The notes beneath the pieces are model-generated. The model did no database searches and had not been told where the DNA came from. It saw nothing but the letters and a program-made list of their open reading frames with translations. From positions 1,440,001-1,504,000 of the forward strand of contig CBDCTH010000012.1 in the NCBI GenBank assembly GCA_965222155.1: a DNA stretch of 64,000 nt, in the 5' to 3' direction. The position numbers were made by a program, and so were the translations under genes. Of the stretch, positions 18,737-28,688 are shown one piece after another. The stretch comes from Gammaproteobacteria bacterium (GTDB lineage Bacteria; Pseudomonadota; Gammaproteobacteria; Eutrophobiales; Eutrophobiaceae). Each line of letters begins with the position of its first letter. The stretch's first letter is position 1.

Positions 18737-19753
18737 ATGAAACTGGCAAGCATAAAGTACAAAGATGAAGACATGGTCGTTATTCGTCTTGATGATAAAC
18801 AATTAGTTAATATTAAAACATTGCTTGAATTAAAACGTTCTCCATACGGCGTTGGTAATTTAATCGACATGCAGGACCTGATACGGGCCGGGCAAGGATT
18901 GCTCAAAGAGATTAGTGCCGCTCTTGAAATTGCTCGAACGGATACAAGTACAGTGCAGACGATTCCCGCGCAGGAAGTGACCTGGCGTCCTCCCGTCCCG
19001 TCTCCAGGTAAAATCTGCGGCATCGCCATGAATAACTCGGCAAGCAATGAGAGGAAAATCAGCGCGCCGGCGCACCCGGCATTTTTCCTGAAGCCTGCCT
19101 CTTGTCTAATTGGGCATAATCAACCCATACGCATTCGTCCCTATTACGGCAGCGTCCATCCCGAGCCGGAATTGTCAGTGATCATAGGTGAAGAGACCCG
19201 GGATATCCCCGCCTCTAAGGCGCTGGATGCCGTATTCGGCTACAGTATCTTTAATGATATTACCGGCAACGGTATGCGCGCCGAAGACATGTTTGAGTAC
19301 TGGGCAATATATGCCAAAGAGGATAATTCCGCTGAAACTGTCCGGGTGAAGCAACACTTATCCTATGCAGGACGTTATAAGGGTTGTGATAGCTTCGGTT
19401 GTTCAGGGCCATGGTTGGTCACGAAAGATGAGATAGACAACCCGGATGAATTGAACGTCTACTGCAAAGCAGGCGGCGAGTTGATCGCTGAAGACAACAC
19501 AAAATATTATAATTACAGGGTGGCGGAAATCATCAGTTTCATCAGCCAGTTTCATACGCTTTATCCGGGCGACATCATTTCCTGCGGTACCGCCTTCAAG
19601 CCTTCGGCTAATCGAAAATCCATTCATCATGCCAATTTTCAGACTGTTGAAGGCCCGGTGGAAGTCAGTATCGATGGTTTGGACACACTGGTAAATCCGG
19701 TTATTCTTGAACAGAAAGAGCTCGGCCTATGGCGACTGAAGCAGACCGATTAA
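18737..19753 (+). CDS. Fumarylacetoacetate hydrolase family protein
   Basis: PGKICGI..N, PAFFLKP, HPEPEL, GYSIFNDIT, GPWLVT, LYPGDIISCGT. Confidence 0.88.
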   Translation: MKLASIKYKDEDMVVIRLDDKQLVNIKTLLELKRSPYGVGNLIDMQDLIRAGQGLLKEISAALEIARTDTSTVQTIPAQEVTWRPPVPSPGKICGIAMNNSASNERKISAPAHPAFFLKPASCLIGHNQPIRIRPYYGSVHPEPELSVIIGEETRDIPASKALDAVFGYSIFNDITGNGMRAEDMFEYWAIYAKEDNSAETVRVKQHLSYAGRYKGCDSFGCSGPWLVTKDEIDNPDELNVYCKAGGELIAEDNTKYYNYRVAEIISFISQFHTLYPGDIISCGTAFKPSANRKSIHHANFQTVEGPVEVSIDGLDTLVNPVILEQKELGLWRLKQTD

Positions 19754-19823
19754 AACGGATTGAGAAGCGCATAGCCAGAGGCCGGTCGGGCGTATATTAT
19801 GTGTTCCACGGGGATAAGCTGCC

Positions 19824-20783
19824 ATGACAACATCACTGATCTGTGCCTCACACTCTCCCCTGTTGTATTGTTATGCCAGGGAGCCGAAGGAGTGGGACGG
19901 ATTGCAACGCGCTTTTGCCGAAAGAGCGCAAGCCGTATCAGAATTTGACCCTGAACTGGTAGTCGCCTTTGGTTCGGACCATTTCAATGGTTTTTTTCTG
20001 AAAACAATGCCGGCCTTTTGCGTTGGCTTCAGGGCTGAGGCAGCCGGCGATATAGGCGGGTTTGCCGGACCTGTAAACGTGCCGGAAGAAACAGCTGTTG
20101 CCTGCGTCGAGTATTTACGCAACAGCGATATTGATAGCGCCGTATCCTACCGGATGACCATTGACCACGCTTTTTCCCAAACCATCAGCGTTATGCTTGG
20201 TGGTCTGACTGCGCGCCCGATCATCCCTGTCTTTATCAACTGTATTACTACACCATTCGTCCCCTTCAGACGCACCCGCATGTTGGGGGAGGCAATCGGC
20301 CGGTTTGCCATTACATTAAACAAGAGAGTGTTGTTTCTTGCCTCAGGAGGCATGTCTCACCACCCTACCCGGTATTATCCGGAGCATGGCAAGGGAGAGC
20401 AGGAGGTTGAAGCCTGGAAATTGTCGGGCGGCGCTGATCCCAAATCCCTGACCCCCGCTCAATGGCTGGAACGACTGGAGGTGATGCACCATGAAGGCGC
20501 CGAGATGATTGCACGAGGTGAACGTACTGCCGGAGATATGCGTTTGAATGAGGAATCGGATCGGCGTTTCCTGGATATTTTCACCCAAAACAGACTCGAA
20601 GAATACGATGATTGGGACCAATATGAACTGGTTGAGCAAGGCGGTATCGGCTCCATGGAATTACAGACCTGGATTGCCGCCGCTGCTGCACACAAGGCAG
20701 CCGGCGGCAGTATGCCGGTGCGGGATTTCTATACCGTTGCGCCGGAGATCGGCATCGCCGCGGGGGTAGCACACGCCGATTAA
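19824..20783 (+). CDS. mhpB: LigB/MhpB-family extradiol ring-cleavage dioxygenase (2,3-dihydroxyphenylpropionate 1,2-dioxygenase-like)
   Basis: CASHSPL, FDPELVV.FGSDHFNGFF, IDHAF, PIIPVFINC, SGGMSH. Confidence 0.75.
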   Translation: MTTSLICASHSPLLYCYAREPKEWDGLQRAFAERAQAVSEFDPELVVAFGSDHFNGFFLKTMPAFCVGFRAEAAGDIGGFAGPVNVPEETAVACVEYLRNSDIDSAVSYRMTIDHAFSQTISVMLGGLTARPIIPVFINCITTPFVPFRRTRMLGEAIGRFAITLNKRVLFLASGGMSHHPTRYYPEHGKGEQEVEAWKLSGGADPKSLTPAQWLERLEVMHHEGAEMIARGERTAGDMRLNEESDRRFLDIFTQNRLEEYDDWDQYELVEQGGIGSMELQTWIAAAAAHKAAGGSMPVRDFYTVAPEIGIAAGVAHAD

Positions 20784-20798
20784 AGCACTGCCTGGTTG

Positions 20799-21851
20799 TT
20801 ACTGACTCAAAACCTCCGCCGCCTTCCTGTGGCTGGCAAGCAAGCCAAGGACCCATTTCGGGTCGGTACGGCCCCAGCCGCATTCAGTACCGACCCCGAA
20901 ATTGGTTATAAAGTTCTTCGCCACCTCCATACGCTGCAGGTCACCCTCTTCATCATCATGATGAATCAAACCGAAATAAAGTTTCGTATCACCTTTGAAG
21001 TGCTTTAACGGCATGAAGTAAGCAGGGTCGGTCCGCTCCTTTGGCACCGGGATATGTAAAAAATCCACCTGGCGTCTGACACCGGCAGTAATGCCGTTCA
21101 TCAGTTCCACCAGTATTCCCGTATCCCTGGGCATGACCAGGTGCTCATCGTGCGGGGTGCCATAACACAGGTGGAAACCCAGTTTCACGTGCGCCGGAAC
21201 GGAGTCGCCCAGCAGGGCTAATTCGGCAAAGATCTGTTCCTCGTAATCGGGCGCTCGATGCGGGAAGTAATTCTCGAAGATCAGGACTTCCTGGCACACG
21301 TCATACTGTATGCACAAGTCTTCATGGGGGATATTATCCAGTATCCTGTTCAGTGCATTTGACAGTGATTTCAGGTAGACACGCAGGTAATCATCGTAAG
21401 ACTTGTGGCTGACGTACATGTAACAGCTGGCCATGGGCGTGGGCAGGCATACCTGAAAGCGTACATGATCCGGGACTGCGCCTTCAGCGCGCAATTTTTT
21501 GAATATGCCGTAAGAATACTCAGCTGCCTTGTCGTAACCAGTTGCAAATTCCACGTTATCCGGATTGGCTTCTTTCCTGAAACGCAACAGCGGTAAAGAG
21601 CGTAAGAACTTTCCGTCCCATTGGTATAATGCCATTTCCGGCACCGTCGGATCGATCTCCATGGCGGGATGTTCCATCAGCATGGTCCTTTGAAAGAATA
21701 TCCAGCGCGCCCGTTCGCCCGTTTCACCATCCGGTATTTTGTCAAGGTACGGGCCCAGTTCTGCGCTGATTTCACGAAAAACCTGCTCACAATTATCCAT
21801 GGCGATACTACCGACAAGATGGATGGTATCGGACCCGGATGTTCGTTTCAT
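20799..21851 (-). CDS. Cobalamin-independent methionine synthase-like (MetE C-terminal fold) protein of unknown substrate
   Basis: HLVGS, PDGETGER, FQVCLPTP, IQYDV..E, HLCYG, TECGWGR metal ligands. Confidence 0.65.
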   Translation of the reverse strand: MKRTSGSDTIHLVGSIAMDNCEQVFREISAELGPYLDKIPDGETGERARWIFFQRTMLMEHPAMEIDPTVPEMALYQWDGKFLRSLPLLRFRKEANPDNVEFATGYDKAAEYSYGIFKKLRAEGAVPDHVRFQVCLPTPMASCYMYVSHKSYDDYLRVYLKSLSNALNRILDNIPHEDLCIQYDVCQEVLIFENYFPHRAPDYEEQIFAELALLGDSVPAHVKLGFHLCYGTPHDEHLVMPRDTGILVELMNGITAGVRRQVDFLHIPVPKERTDPAYFMPLKHFKGDTKLYFGLIHHDDEEGDLQRMEVAKNFITNFGVGTECGWGRTDPKWVLGLLASHRKAAEVLSQ

Positions 21852-21896
21852 CTCATCTCCACTGATTTACCGGCAAGTTGCTTGTTATAACGCCGT

Positions 21897-23036
21897 TCAG
21901 GAACATACCAGTAAATCACGCCGACTGTTCAAGGCATCAAATAACACGTCCACATCGTCAAGATTATTATAAAAATGAGGCGAGACCCTGAGATTGTCGT
22001 CTCGACAGGATGTAACGACCCCCTTATCCGCAAGAGCGGCCACCAGCCGGTACATATCCGTAGACCTGATGGTAACCAGGGGGCCATGACCGCTGTCTTC
22101 CGTCGGCATCGCAAGTTGGAAACCATTTTCCTGAGTTTTTTGCTTGATTGCCCTGTTAAGGGTCCTGATATGCTGTTCAATTGTGTCCAGACCCATCTCA
22201 CAAACGAGTTGCAAACCGGCGATAGATGCATACAGACTTGAAACATTGGGCGTACCTGTTTCAAAACGGCGGGCATTACCCGCCGGATTATTTTTATAGA
22301 TATCCATTGCATTGATATCCGCCTGACTGAACCAGCCGCTTGTTGCCGGTTCAAGATCGTTAACCAAGCCCTGTTTTACATATAAAAAAGCCGTCCCCGT
22401 TGCCGAGACCAGGTATTTCAACGTGCCACCGGCGGCAAAATCCACGTCCAGGGTCTTGACATCAATGGGCATGGAGCCACCGGTCTGGTAGAAATCCAGG
22501 AATACCAGCGCGCCTTTTTCATGGGCCATGTCGATGATAGCCTTAATATCCAGGCGTGCGCCGTTGCGATAGCAGACATGCGGGAGAGACACAACCAGTG
22601 TTGATTCATCTATATATTCATGAAACCGTTCGGGAGGTATCGTCACTTCGCCAGCAAGGCAAGGGACGCAGTCGATAACCGCCCCTCTTTTCTCCTGGGC
22701 GCGCCAAATCTGTGCCGTCGTGGGAAAATCGAAATCCGTGAGCAGGACCTTGTTGCGTTTACCGGTAAAATCAAAGGCGCTGGCCACTGAATTCAGGCAA
22801 TCACTCAGGCAAGAGGCAGTGGCAATTTCATCGGACGAAGCATTCATCAATTGCGCCAGCATGGCCCTCAAGGTTTCCAGTTTGCCCACCCAGACTTCCC
22901 AGTGAGAACCGAACCGGTCCCTGTCATCCAGGTAGGACAGGTAGGCCTGCCTGACTTCATTCGACAGGGCGCCGTGGGAACAACTGTTGATATAGGTTGT
23001 GGATTGAAAAATCGGAAAGCGTTCGCGTAATGGCAT
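21897..23036 (-). CDS. PLP-dependent class V aminotransferase (C-S lyase/kynureninase-like)
   Basis: YINSCSHG, DFPT, DFYQ, GGTLKYL, RRFETGTP, LRVSPHFYN; start refined to MPLRERFP. Confidence 0.85.
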   Translation of the reverse strand: MPLRERFPIFQSTTYINSCSHGALSNEVRQAYLSYLDDRDRFGSHWEVWVGKLETLRAMLAQLMNASSDEIATASCLSDCLNSVASAFDFTGKRNKVLLTDFDFPTTAQIWRAQEKRGAVIDCVPCLAGEVTIPPERFHEYIDESTLVVSLPHVCYRNGARLDIKAIIDMAHEKGALVFLDFYQTGGSMPIDVKTLDVDFAAGGTLKYLVSATGTAFLYVKQGLVNDLEPATSGWFSQADINAMDIYKNNPAGNARRFETGTPNVSSLYASIAGLQLVCEMGLDTIEQHIRTLNRAIKQKTQENGFQLAMPTEDSGHGPLVTIRSTDMYRLVAALADKGVVTSCRDDNLRVSPHFYNNLDDVDVLFDALNSRRDLLVCS

Positions 23037-23095
23037 AGGTCGGGTCAAATATGAGGTATTATGAACAGGGCTAATTAACAAGATTAATTTCAAAG

Positions 23096-24232
23096 ATGTT
23101 GGACAATAACATAATACGCGATGAATTTCCCCAGGCGGAAGAGTTAAAATACCTGAATCATGCAGCGGTAGCGCCTTGGCCGAAACGAACCAGGGAAGCC
23201 GTGGTTGCGTTCGCCCAGGAGAACGTCACTTACGGTGCAAGCCGTTACCATTTGTTCAACGAAAAAGAAAACCATTTGCGCCTGCAGATGCGCAAACTTA
23301 TTAACGCCCCTTCAATCGATGACATCGCATTGTTAAAGAACACGTCTGAAGCCTTGTCCGTAGTTGCGGCGGGGATAAGATGGAACCGTGGTGACAACGT
23401 CGTGACCTCCGCCGAGGAGTTCCCTTCAAACTGGATTCCCTGGGACGCACAGAAGATTCACGGCGTTTCCTTAAAGAAAGTGGATATCAGGGTTCAGCGC
23501 CCGGAGCAGGCGCTGATTGAAGCCTGTGATAACCGTACCCGGGTATTGACAATCAGCTCGGTGCAATTCAGCAGCGGTATAAGGCTTGATTTGGAATTAT
23601 TAGGTGATTATTGCAAGGCAAACAATATCCTGTTCTGTGTCGATGCAATCCAGAGTATCGGCGCCCATGAATTAGACGTGCAGAAAATAAGGGCCGATTT
23701 TGTCATGGCTGATGCTCACAAGTGGATGCTTGGACCGGAAGGGATAGCCCTGTTTTATTCCGATGCAGCGGTTCGGGATGAGTTGAACCTGTATCAGTAT
23801 GGCTGGCACATGACGGCAACCCCGGATGACTACGATATCAAATCCTGGCAACCGGCAAAGAGCGCCAGGCGATTTGAGCCGGGTTCCAATAACCTGCTGG
23901 GCATACATGCCCTGTCCGCCAGCCTGAGCCTGATTGAGGATTTGGGCATGAAAGACATTGAGATGGAATTGGGAGCCAGGGTTTCGTATCTTATGAGCAG
24001 ACTGGCAGAATTTGATGGGGTCAGGTTGCTCACTTCAACCGACCCACGACAAAGGGCTGGTATTGTTGCCTTTCAAATCTCTGGGCTTGACCAGCGAGCA
24101 CTACATAAACATCTATTGCAAAACCGGGTTATATGCGCCTATCGCGGCGCTGCGATCCGTTTTTCTCCTCATTACTATACAGCTATGCAAGATCTTGATG
24201 ATACACTTGATATTATGAATGCAACCATATGA
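23096..24232 (+). CDS. PLP-dependent class V aminotransferase
   Basis: YLNHAAVAP, KNTSE, EFPSN, VDAIQ, DAHKWMLGPEG, RRFEPGS, IRFSPHYY. Confidence 0.88.
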   Translation: MLDNNIIRDEFPQAEELKYLNHAAVAPWPKRTREAVVAFAQENVTYGASRYHLFNEKENHLRLQMRKLINAPSIDDIALLKNTSEALSVVAAGIRWNRGDNVVTSAEEFPSNWIPWDAQKIHGVSLKKVDIRVQRPEQALIEACDNRTRVLTISSVQFSSGIRLDLELLGDYCKANNILFCVDAIQSIGAHELDVQKIRADFVMADAHKWMLGPEGIALFYSDAAVRDELNLYQYGWHMTATPDDYDIKSWQPAKSARRFEPGSNNLLGIHALSASLSLIEDLGMKDIEMELGARVSYLMSRLAEFDGVRLLTSTDPRQRAGIVAFQISGLDQRALHKHLLQNRVICAYRGAAIRFSPHYYTAMQDLDDTLDIMNATI

Positions 24233-24258
24233 TATATAAAAGATAGGAATGTATCTTA

Positions 24259-24285
24259 GGAACCTCTGACTTAATCAGAGGTTCC
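24259..24285. terminator. Palindrome between convergent genes (bidirectional terminator or collapsed IS footprint)
   Basis: GGAACCTCTGA-CTTAA-TCAGAGGTTCC flanked on both sides by CTTA. Confidence 0.5.
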
Positions 24286-24291
24286 CTTAGT

Positions 24292-25065
24292 TCACTCAGG
24301 AAATAGATTTTCATAATTCCGCGTGGTCATCGAAATTACGTCTGACAGCTCAGCCTGGTGTAGTTCAGCAATTTTCTCCGCGACAAAGCGCACATAAGCC
24401 GGTTGATTCTGTTTGCCGCGGTAGGGAACCGGCGTCAGATACGGCGAGTCGGTTTCGACCAGTATCCTGTCCAGCGGCACCTGTCTGGCTACGTCCTGGA
24501 GGGCCTGTGCATTGCGGAAGGTGACAATCCCGGAAAATGAGATATAAAAATTCAGGTCGATGGCCAGCCTTGCCGTTTCCAGGTCATCGACGAAGCAATG
24601 CATTATTCCTCCTACTGTATCCGCTCCCTCTTCGGCCAGAATTTTGATGACATCTCCCCTGGCCTCGCGACTGTGAATGATAAGAGGCTTATTGATCTCC
24701 CTGGCTGCCCTGATGTGGATGCGAAACCGATGCCTTTGCCAATCGAGGTCTCCCTGGCTTCTGAAATAATCCAGTCCTGTTTCGCCGATGGCAACCACCG
24801 ATGGATCATCCGCCAATTCCAGCAGGATTTCTTCAGATAATTCGATTTCCAGGACAGAATTCGGGTGCACACCCACTGAGGCGGATATACAGGGGTAGGA
24901 ATCAGCCAGTTGTTTAATTTCGGGAAAAGAATCAAGGTCGATTGACACGCATAGCATATGCCCTACGCCAGCCTCTTGCGCCGCGCGGATCACGGCGTCC
25001 GCACCACCATCCATTTCTATCAAAGGGATATGGCAATGTGAATCGACTAGATACGGGTTTTGCAT
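24292..25065 (-). CDS. tatD: TatD family DNase (YcfH-like)
   Basis: LVDSHCH, GVHP, IGETGLDY, IIHSRE, HCF, ETDSPYL; position after holB. Confidence 0.92.
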   Translation of the reverse strand: MQNPYLVDSHCHIPLIEMDGGADAVIRAAQEAGVGHMLCVSIDLDSFPEIKQLADSYPCISASVGVHPNSVLEIELSEEILLELADDPSVVAIGETGLDYFRSQGDLDWQRHRFRIHIRAAREINKPLIIHSREARGDVIKILAEEGADTVGGIMHCFVDDLETARLAIDLNFYISFSGIVTFRNAQALQDVARQVPLDRILVETDSPYLTPVPYRGKQNQPAYVRFVAEKIAELHQAELSDVISMTTRNYENLFPE

Positions 25066-25083
25066 GGCTTGTCTATGTCCATG

Positions 25084-26064
25084 TTATCCAGGGTGGATCG
25101 ACTGCCAGTGTACGATGACTTCCTCCAGCAGGCTTTGTTTATTCAGGTTGACATCACTGGTAAGCAGGTGGTAGTTCCTCAGCGTCAGATCATAACAGCC
25201 GATAGTCTGTGCGAGATCTAACCCGTTTGCCAGGTGGCCCAGTTCGTCATTAATAGAGGATCTGCCGGCCTGTTTCCTGCTTCCTGAGCAGTGCATGGCG
25301 GCTATTTTACTGAACACAGAAAGCAACCAGTTCAATACTGTGACCACGTCATGTTTCTGCCATTTTTCAGCGATTTTCACGGGGTCAGTGTTCGCTCTGC
25401 GGGCTTCCTGCAAATCCGCGAGTATCTCCTGCCGTTCTTGCACGGCCTCTCCTTCGTTCAGCTCCAGCGCCGTAAGCGGCGCGCCCTCGGCCAGATCAAG
25501 CAACGCAGCAGTCCGTTCGGGGTCACTTATCTGACCAATCAGCCAGTCAGAAGCCAGTTGCGGGTCTATCTGGTTGAAACTGATTTTCTGGCAGCGGCTA
25601 CGTATGGTGACAGGTAATCTGGCCGGTTTATAAGAAACCAGTATCAATAACGTTGATGGGGCGGGTTCTTCCAGGGTTTTCAACAGGCTGTTCGCAGCGT
25701 GCCGATTCATATCCTCAGCGGGCTCTATGATGGCAATTTTATACCTGCCGTACTGGCTGCTGAGTTGCAGGTGAGTTATCAAGTCACGAACGGCATCCAC
25801 CTTGATTTGCGTATCATTGGCTTCCTTGTTAAGCAGTTTGATATCGGGGTGGCTGCCGGCATTGAACAGCAGACAGGAACTGCATTTTCCACAAGCCGTC
25901 GCTTGAACGATTGCTTTACATAACAGATATTGGGTGAGTTCCAGTGCAAATTGTCTGATACCGGATCCTTCGACTCCATTCAGCAAAATGGCATGTGCCA
26001 GCCGCTTCTGATCTACGGCATGTCTGATCTGGTTCCATTGTTTTACCTGCCAGGGATAAGGCAT
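25084..26064 (-). CDS. holB: DNA polymerase III delta' subunit
   Basis: YPWQ, ACGKCSSC..HPD, AANSLLKTLEEP, TIRSRC. Confidence 0.95.
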   Translation of the reverse strand: MPYPWQVKQWNQIRHAVDQKRLAHAILLNGVEGSGIRQFALELTQYLLCKAIVQATACGKCSSCLLFNAGSHPDIKLLNKEANDTQIKVDAVRDLITHLQLSSQYGRYKIAIIEPAEDMNRHAANSLLKTLEEPAPSTLLILVSYKPARLPVTIRSRCQKISFNQIDPQLASDWLIGQISDPERTAALLDLAEGAPLTALELNEGEAVQERQEILADLQEARRANTDPVKIAEKWQKHDVVTVLNWLLSVFSKIAAMHCSGSRKQAGRSSINDELGHLANGLDLAQTIGCYDLTLRNYHLLTSDVNLNKQSLLEEVIVHWQSIHPG

Positions 26065-26106
26065 ATCAGGAACGGCCTGCGCCGGCGAATGCGCTTACAG
26101 GGAGTA

Positions 26107-26733
26107 TCAACATAGACCTTTTGCCTCAAGAATTGCCTGTATTTTCCATGCGACTTCATCGGCTTCTCTGGCAGCGTCAATAACGTGGATTCTTTCGGGG
26201 TGTTGTTCGGCCAGGTCCAGGTATTTATACCGGACTCGCTGAAAAAATTTCATTGTCTCCATCTCGAAGCGATCCGGTTTGCTACGTTCCCTGATGCGCT
26301 CCAGGCCGACCTCCGGCGCTGCGTCAAGCAACAGCGTCAGGTCCGGCCTGAGCGCGCCCTGGACGATATCCTGCAACCGGGCAATCAGTTTTTCATCCAC
26401 ACCGCGGCCACCTCCCTGGTAAGCAAACGTCGCATCGGTAAACCGGTCGCATAATATAATCCTGCCGGCGTCCAGGGCCGGTTCGATTACGTCCCGGATA
26501 TGTTGACGACGGGCAGCGAATATCAGGAGCATTTCCGTTATCCCGTCAATCTTGCCGGCGTCGGCCTGCAATATGACATTCCTGATGCTCTCACCCGTAC
26601 GGGTGCCGCCGGGTTCCCTGGTCTGAATGACGTTCCCGGGATGTTTTGTTGACAGCAGGTCACAGGCTTTTTGTACCTGTGTGGTTTTACCCACTCCCTC
26701 TATGCCTTCAAATGTGATGAAAAACCCTGTCAT
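26107..26733 (-). CDS. tmk: Thymidylate kinase
   Basis: FITFEGIEGVGKTTQ, TREPGGT, CDRF..T.AYQG. Confidence 0.97.
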   Translation of the reverse strand: MTGFFITFEGIEGVGKTTQVQKACDLLSTKHPGNVIQTREPGGTRTGESIRNVILQADAGKIDGITEMLLIFAARRQHIRDVIEPALDAGRIILCDRFTDATFAYQGGGRGVDEKLIARLQDIVQGALRPDLTLLLDAAPEVGLERIRERSKPDRFEMETMKFFQRVRYKYLDLAEQHPERIHVIDAAREADEVAWKIQAILEAKGLC

Positions 26734-26829
26734 TGTATTTTATCAACGATGTGGAACCACAGTCGTATTCAGTGGTAATACGTGTAGTTGTCGATAATGA
26801 TATTTACCTTATTCCGTATCCTCCGAAGT

Positions 26830-27822
26830 TTATCGGAGCTGATATTTCGCTACCGCCTTGTTGTGCTCTGCAAGAGTTTGGGAAAAGTAGTGTCGACCAT
26901 TCTCTCCTGTTGCGACAAAATATAAGGCTGTTCCGGGCTCCGGCTGCAACGCGGCGCGGATGGATGCTCTGCCGGCTGCCGCAATAGGCGTTGGCGGCAA
27001 CCCCTTATAGCGATAGGTGTTGAACGGTGAATCGAACTCCAAATCCTTATGCCGTATATCTCCGTCATAGCTTTCTCCAAGGGCATAAATTACCGTGGGG
27101 TCGGTTTGCAGACGCATATTTTTTTTCAGTCGGCGAACAAATACTCCGGCAATTTTTTCTCTTTCATCGGCAACCGCTGTCTCCTTTTCAATCAGGGATG
27201 CCATTATCAAGGCCTCATAAGGTGATTGATACGGCAGCCCGCTCATTCGCTTTTGCCACTCCTCGTTTAATACTGTTTCCATCTGCCTGAATGCCCGGCG
27301 CAGAAAATCCGCGTCTGTGGTAGCGGCAGGAAAATAGTAAGTGTCGGGAAAAAAACGTCCTTCGGCGTAATAGCCCGGATAACCTATTTCTATCATAACG
27401 CGCCTGGGTTGTGTTGACATTAATACCCTTTTGATATACCGGTTTTCGTGTACTGCCGTCATGATCTGTTTGAACGTCCATCCCTCCAGTATCGTCAGCG
27501 TGTGTTGAGTTACCCTGCCGGCTACCATCATCTCCAGCAATGACAAGGCGCTTGTGCCGGGTTGCACCTGGTACTGGCCGGCTTTGATCAAACCGTCAAC
27601 ACCCTGGAGTTTGCCTTCAAGCTGCAGATAGAAAGGATAATTGAACCAGTCCCGTTGCGCCAGACCTTCGGCAAGGTCAAGGAGGGACATGCCGGGTTCT
27701 ATGGAGAAATACTCGGAAACATCGATCTTCAACGGCATGTTCAATTGCTGTTGCATATCCTGGTACAGCCACCATCCGGCCAACGCGACAAGAACCCCGG
27801 GTATGAGCAGCATTTTCTTCAT
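26830..27822 (-). CDS. mltG: Endolytic transglycosylase MltG (YceG)
   Basis: EGRFFPDTY, ASLIEKET, LQTDPTV, SPFNTY..GLPPTPI. Confidence 0.95.
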   Translation of the reverse strand: MKKMLLIPGVLVALAGWWLYQDMQQQLNMPLKIDVSEYFSIEPGMSLLDLAEGLAQRDWFNYPFYLQLEGKLQGVDGLIKAGQYQVQPGTSALSLLEMMVAGRVTQHTLTILEGWTFKQIMTAVHENRYIKRVLMSTQPRRVMIEIGYPGYYAEGRFFPDTYYFPAATTDADFLRRAFRQMETVLNEEWQKRMSGLPYQSPYEALIMASLIEKETAVADEREKIAGVFVRRLKKNMRLQTDPTVIYALGESYDGDIRHKDLEFDSPFNTYRYKGLPPTPIAAAGRASIRAALQPEPGTALYFVATGENGRHYFSQTLAEHNKAVAKYQLR

Positions 27823-28652
27823 CAGGCGCCTGCAATAAGGTTATCAGTGATTAATTTCCTCATGATTTCCAGAGTAATATCGATACTGCTGAACACTTTA
27901 TTACCAATGCTCCTTACCGGCCAGATACCGATCAGGCTGTTGCAATAGAATACTTCATCCACCTTATATAATTCGTTGAGTTTTATTTCCCTGATGTCGG
28001 GTTTACCACCTGCGTCATCATTCAGTTCAATAATTGACTTTCTTATCACCCCTGCAATGCCGCACCGGGACAGGTCAGGGGTAATTAATTTACCGTTTTT
28101 TACCATGAAAAGGTTGCTCATGGAACCTTCAATCACGTTGTCGTACGGATCCAATACTACTCCCTCCGGGCATGGCGTAGCGGCAACCTCATGGCGCAGC
28201 AAGACCTGTTCCAACCGGTTCAGGTGCTTGATGCCGGCCAAATCGGGATGATGGGTGATGCGGCGGCTGCATATATATGAATTGATGCCGTCACGATAAT
28301 ATGCTGCAGGATAAACCGGCCGTTTGTGCACTGTGAGTATCCTGTTGCTCGAAATATGTTCCGGAGGTTGGTAACCGCGTCCTCCCGTTCCCCGGGTAAT
28401 GACGATCTTCAGTACTGCTGAGGCAAGCGAACCACAAAGCCGGGTTGCTTCATGTTCGAGCAGACTCCTGTCCGGACAGACAATTGACAAATGCCGGCAG
28501 CCTGCTTCAAGCCGATCAAAATGCGCCTTCCGGCAAAGCAGTTCACCGGACTTAACGGCGATGGTTTCGAACACGCCGTCACCGAACTGAAGGCCGCGAT
28601 CATGGATGGAAATGACGTCGCCAGGCTGACCGTTGACCAGTACGTCAATCAC
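27822..28652 (-). CDS. pabC: Aminodeoxychorismate lyase
   Basis: DRGLQFGDGVFET, KHLNRLEQVL, IEGSMSN; between fabF and mltG. Confidence 0.95.
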   Translation of the reverse strand: MIDVLVNGQPGDVISIHDRGLQFGDGVFETIAVKSGELLCRKAHFDRLEAGCRHLSIVCPDRSLLEHEATRLCGSLASAVLKIVITRGTGGRGYQPPEHISSNRILTVHKRPVYPAAYYRDGINSYICSRRITHHPDLAGIKHLNRLEQVLLRHEVAATPCPEGVVLDPYDNVIEGSMSNLFMVKNGKLITPDLSRCGIAGVIRKSIIELNDDAGGKPDIREIKLNELYKVDEVFYCNSLIGIWPVRSIGNKVFSSIDITLEIMRKLITDNLIAGA

Positions 28653-28688
28653 GTTTTCCAGTTTTTAGTTTTTGTACCACACAAGCTG

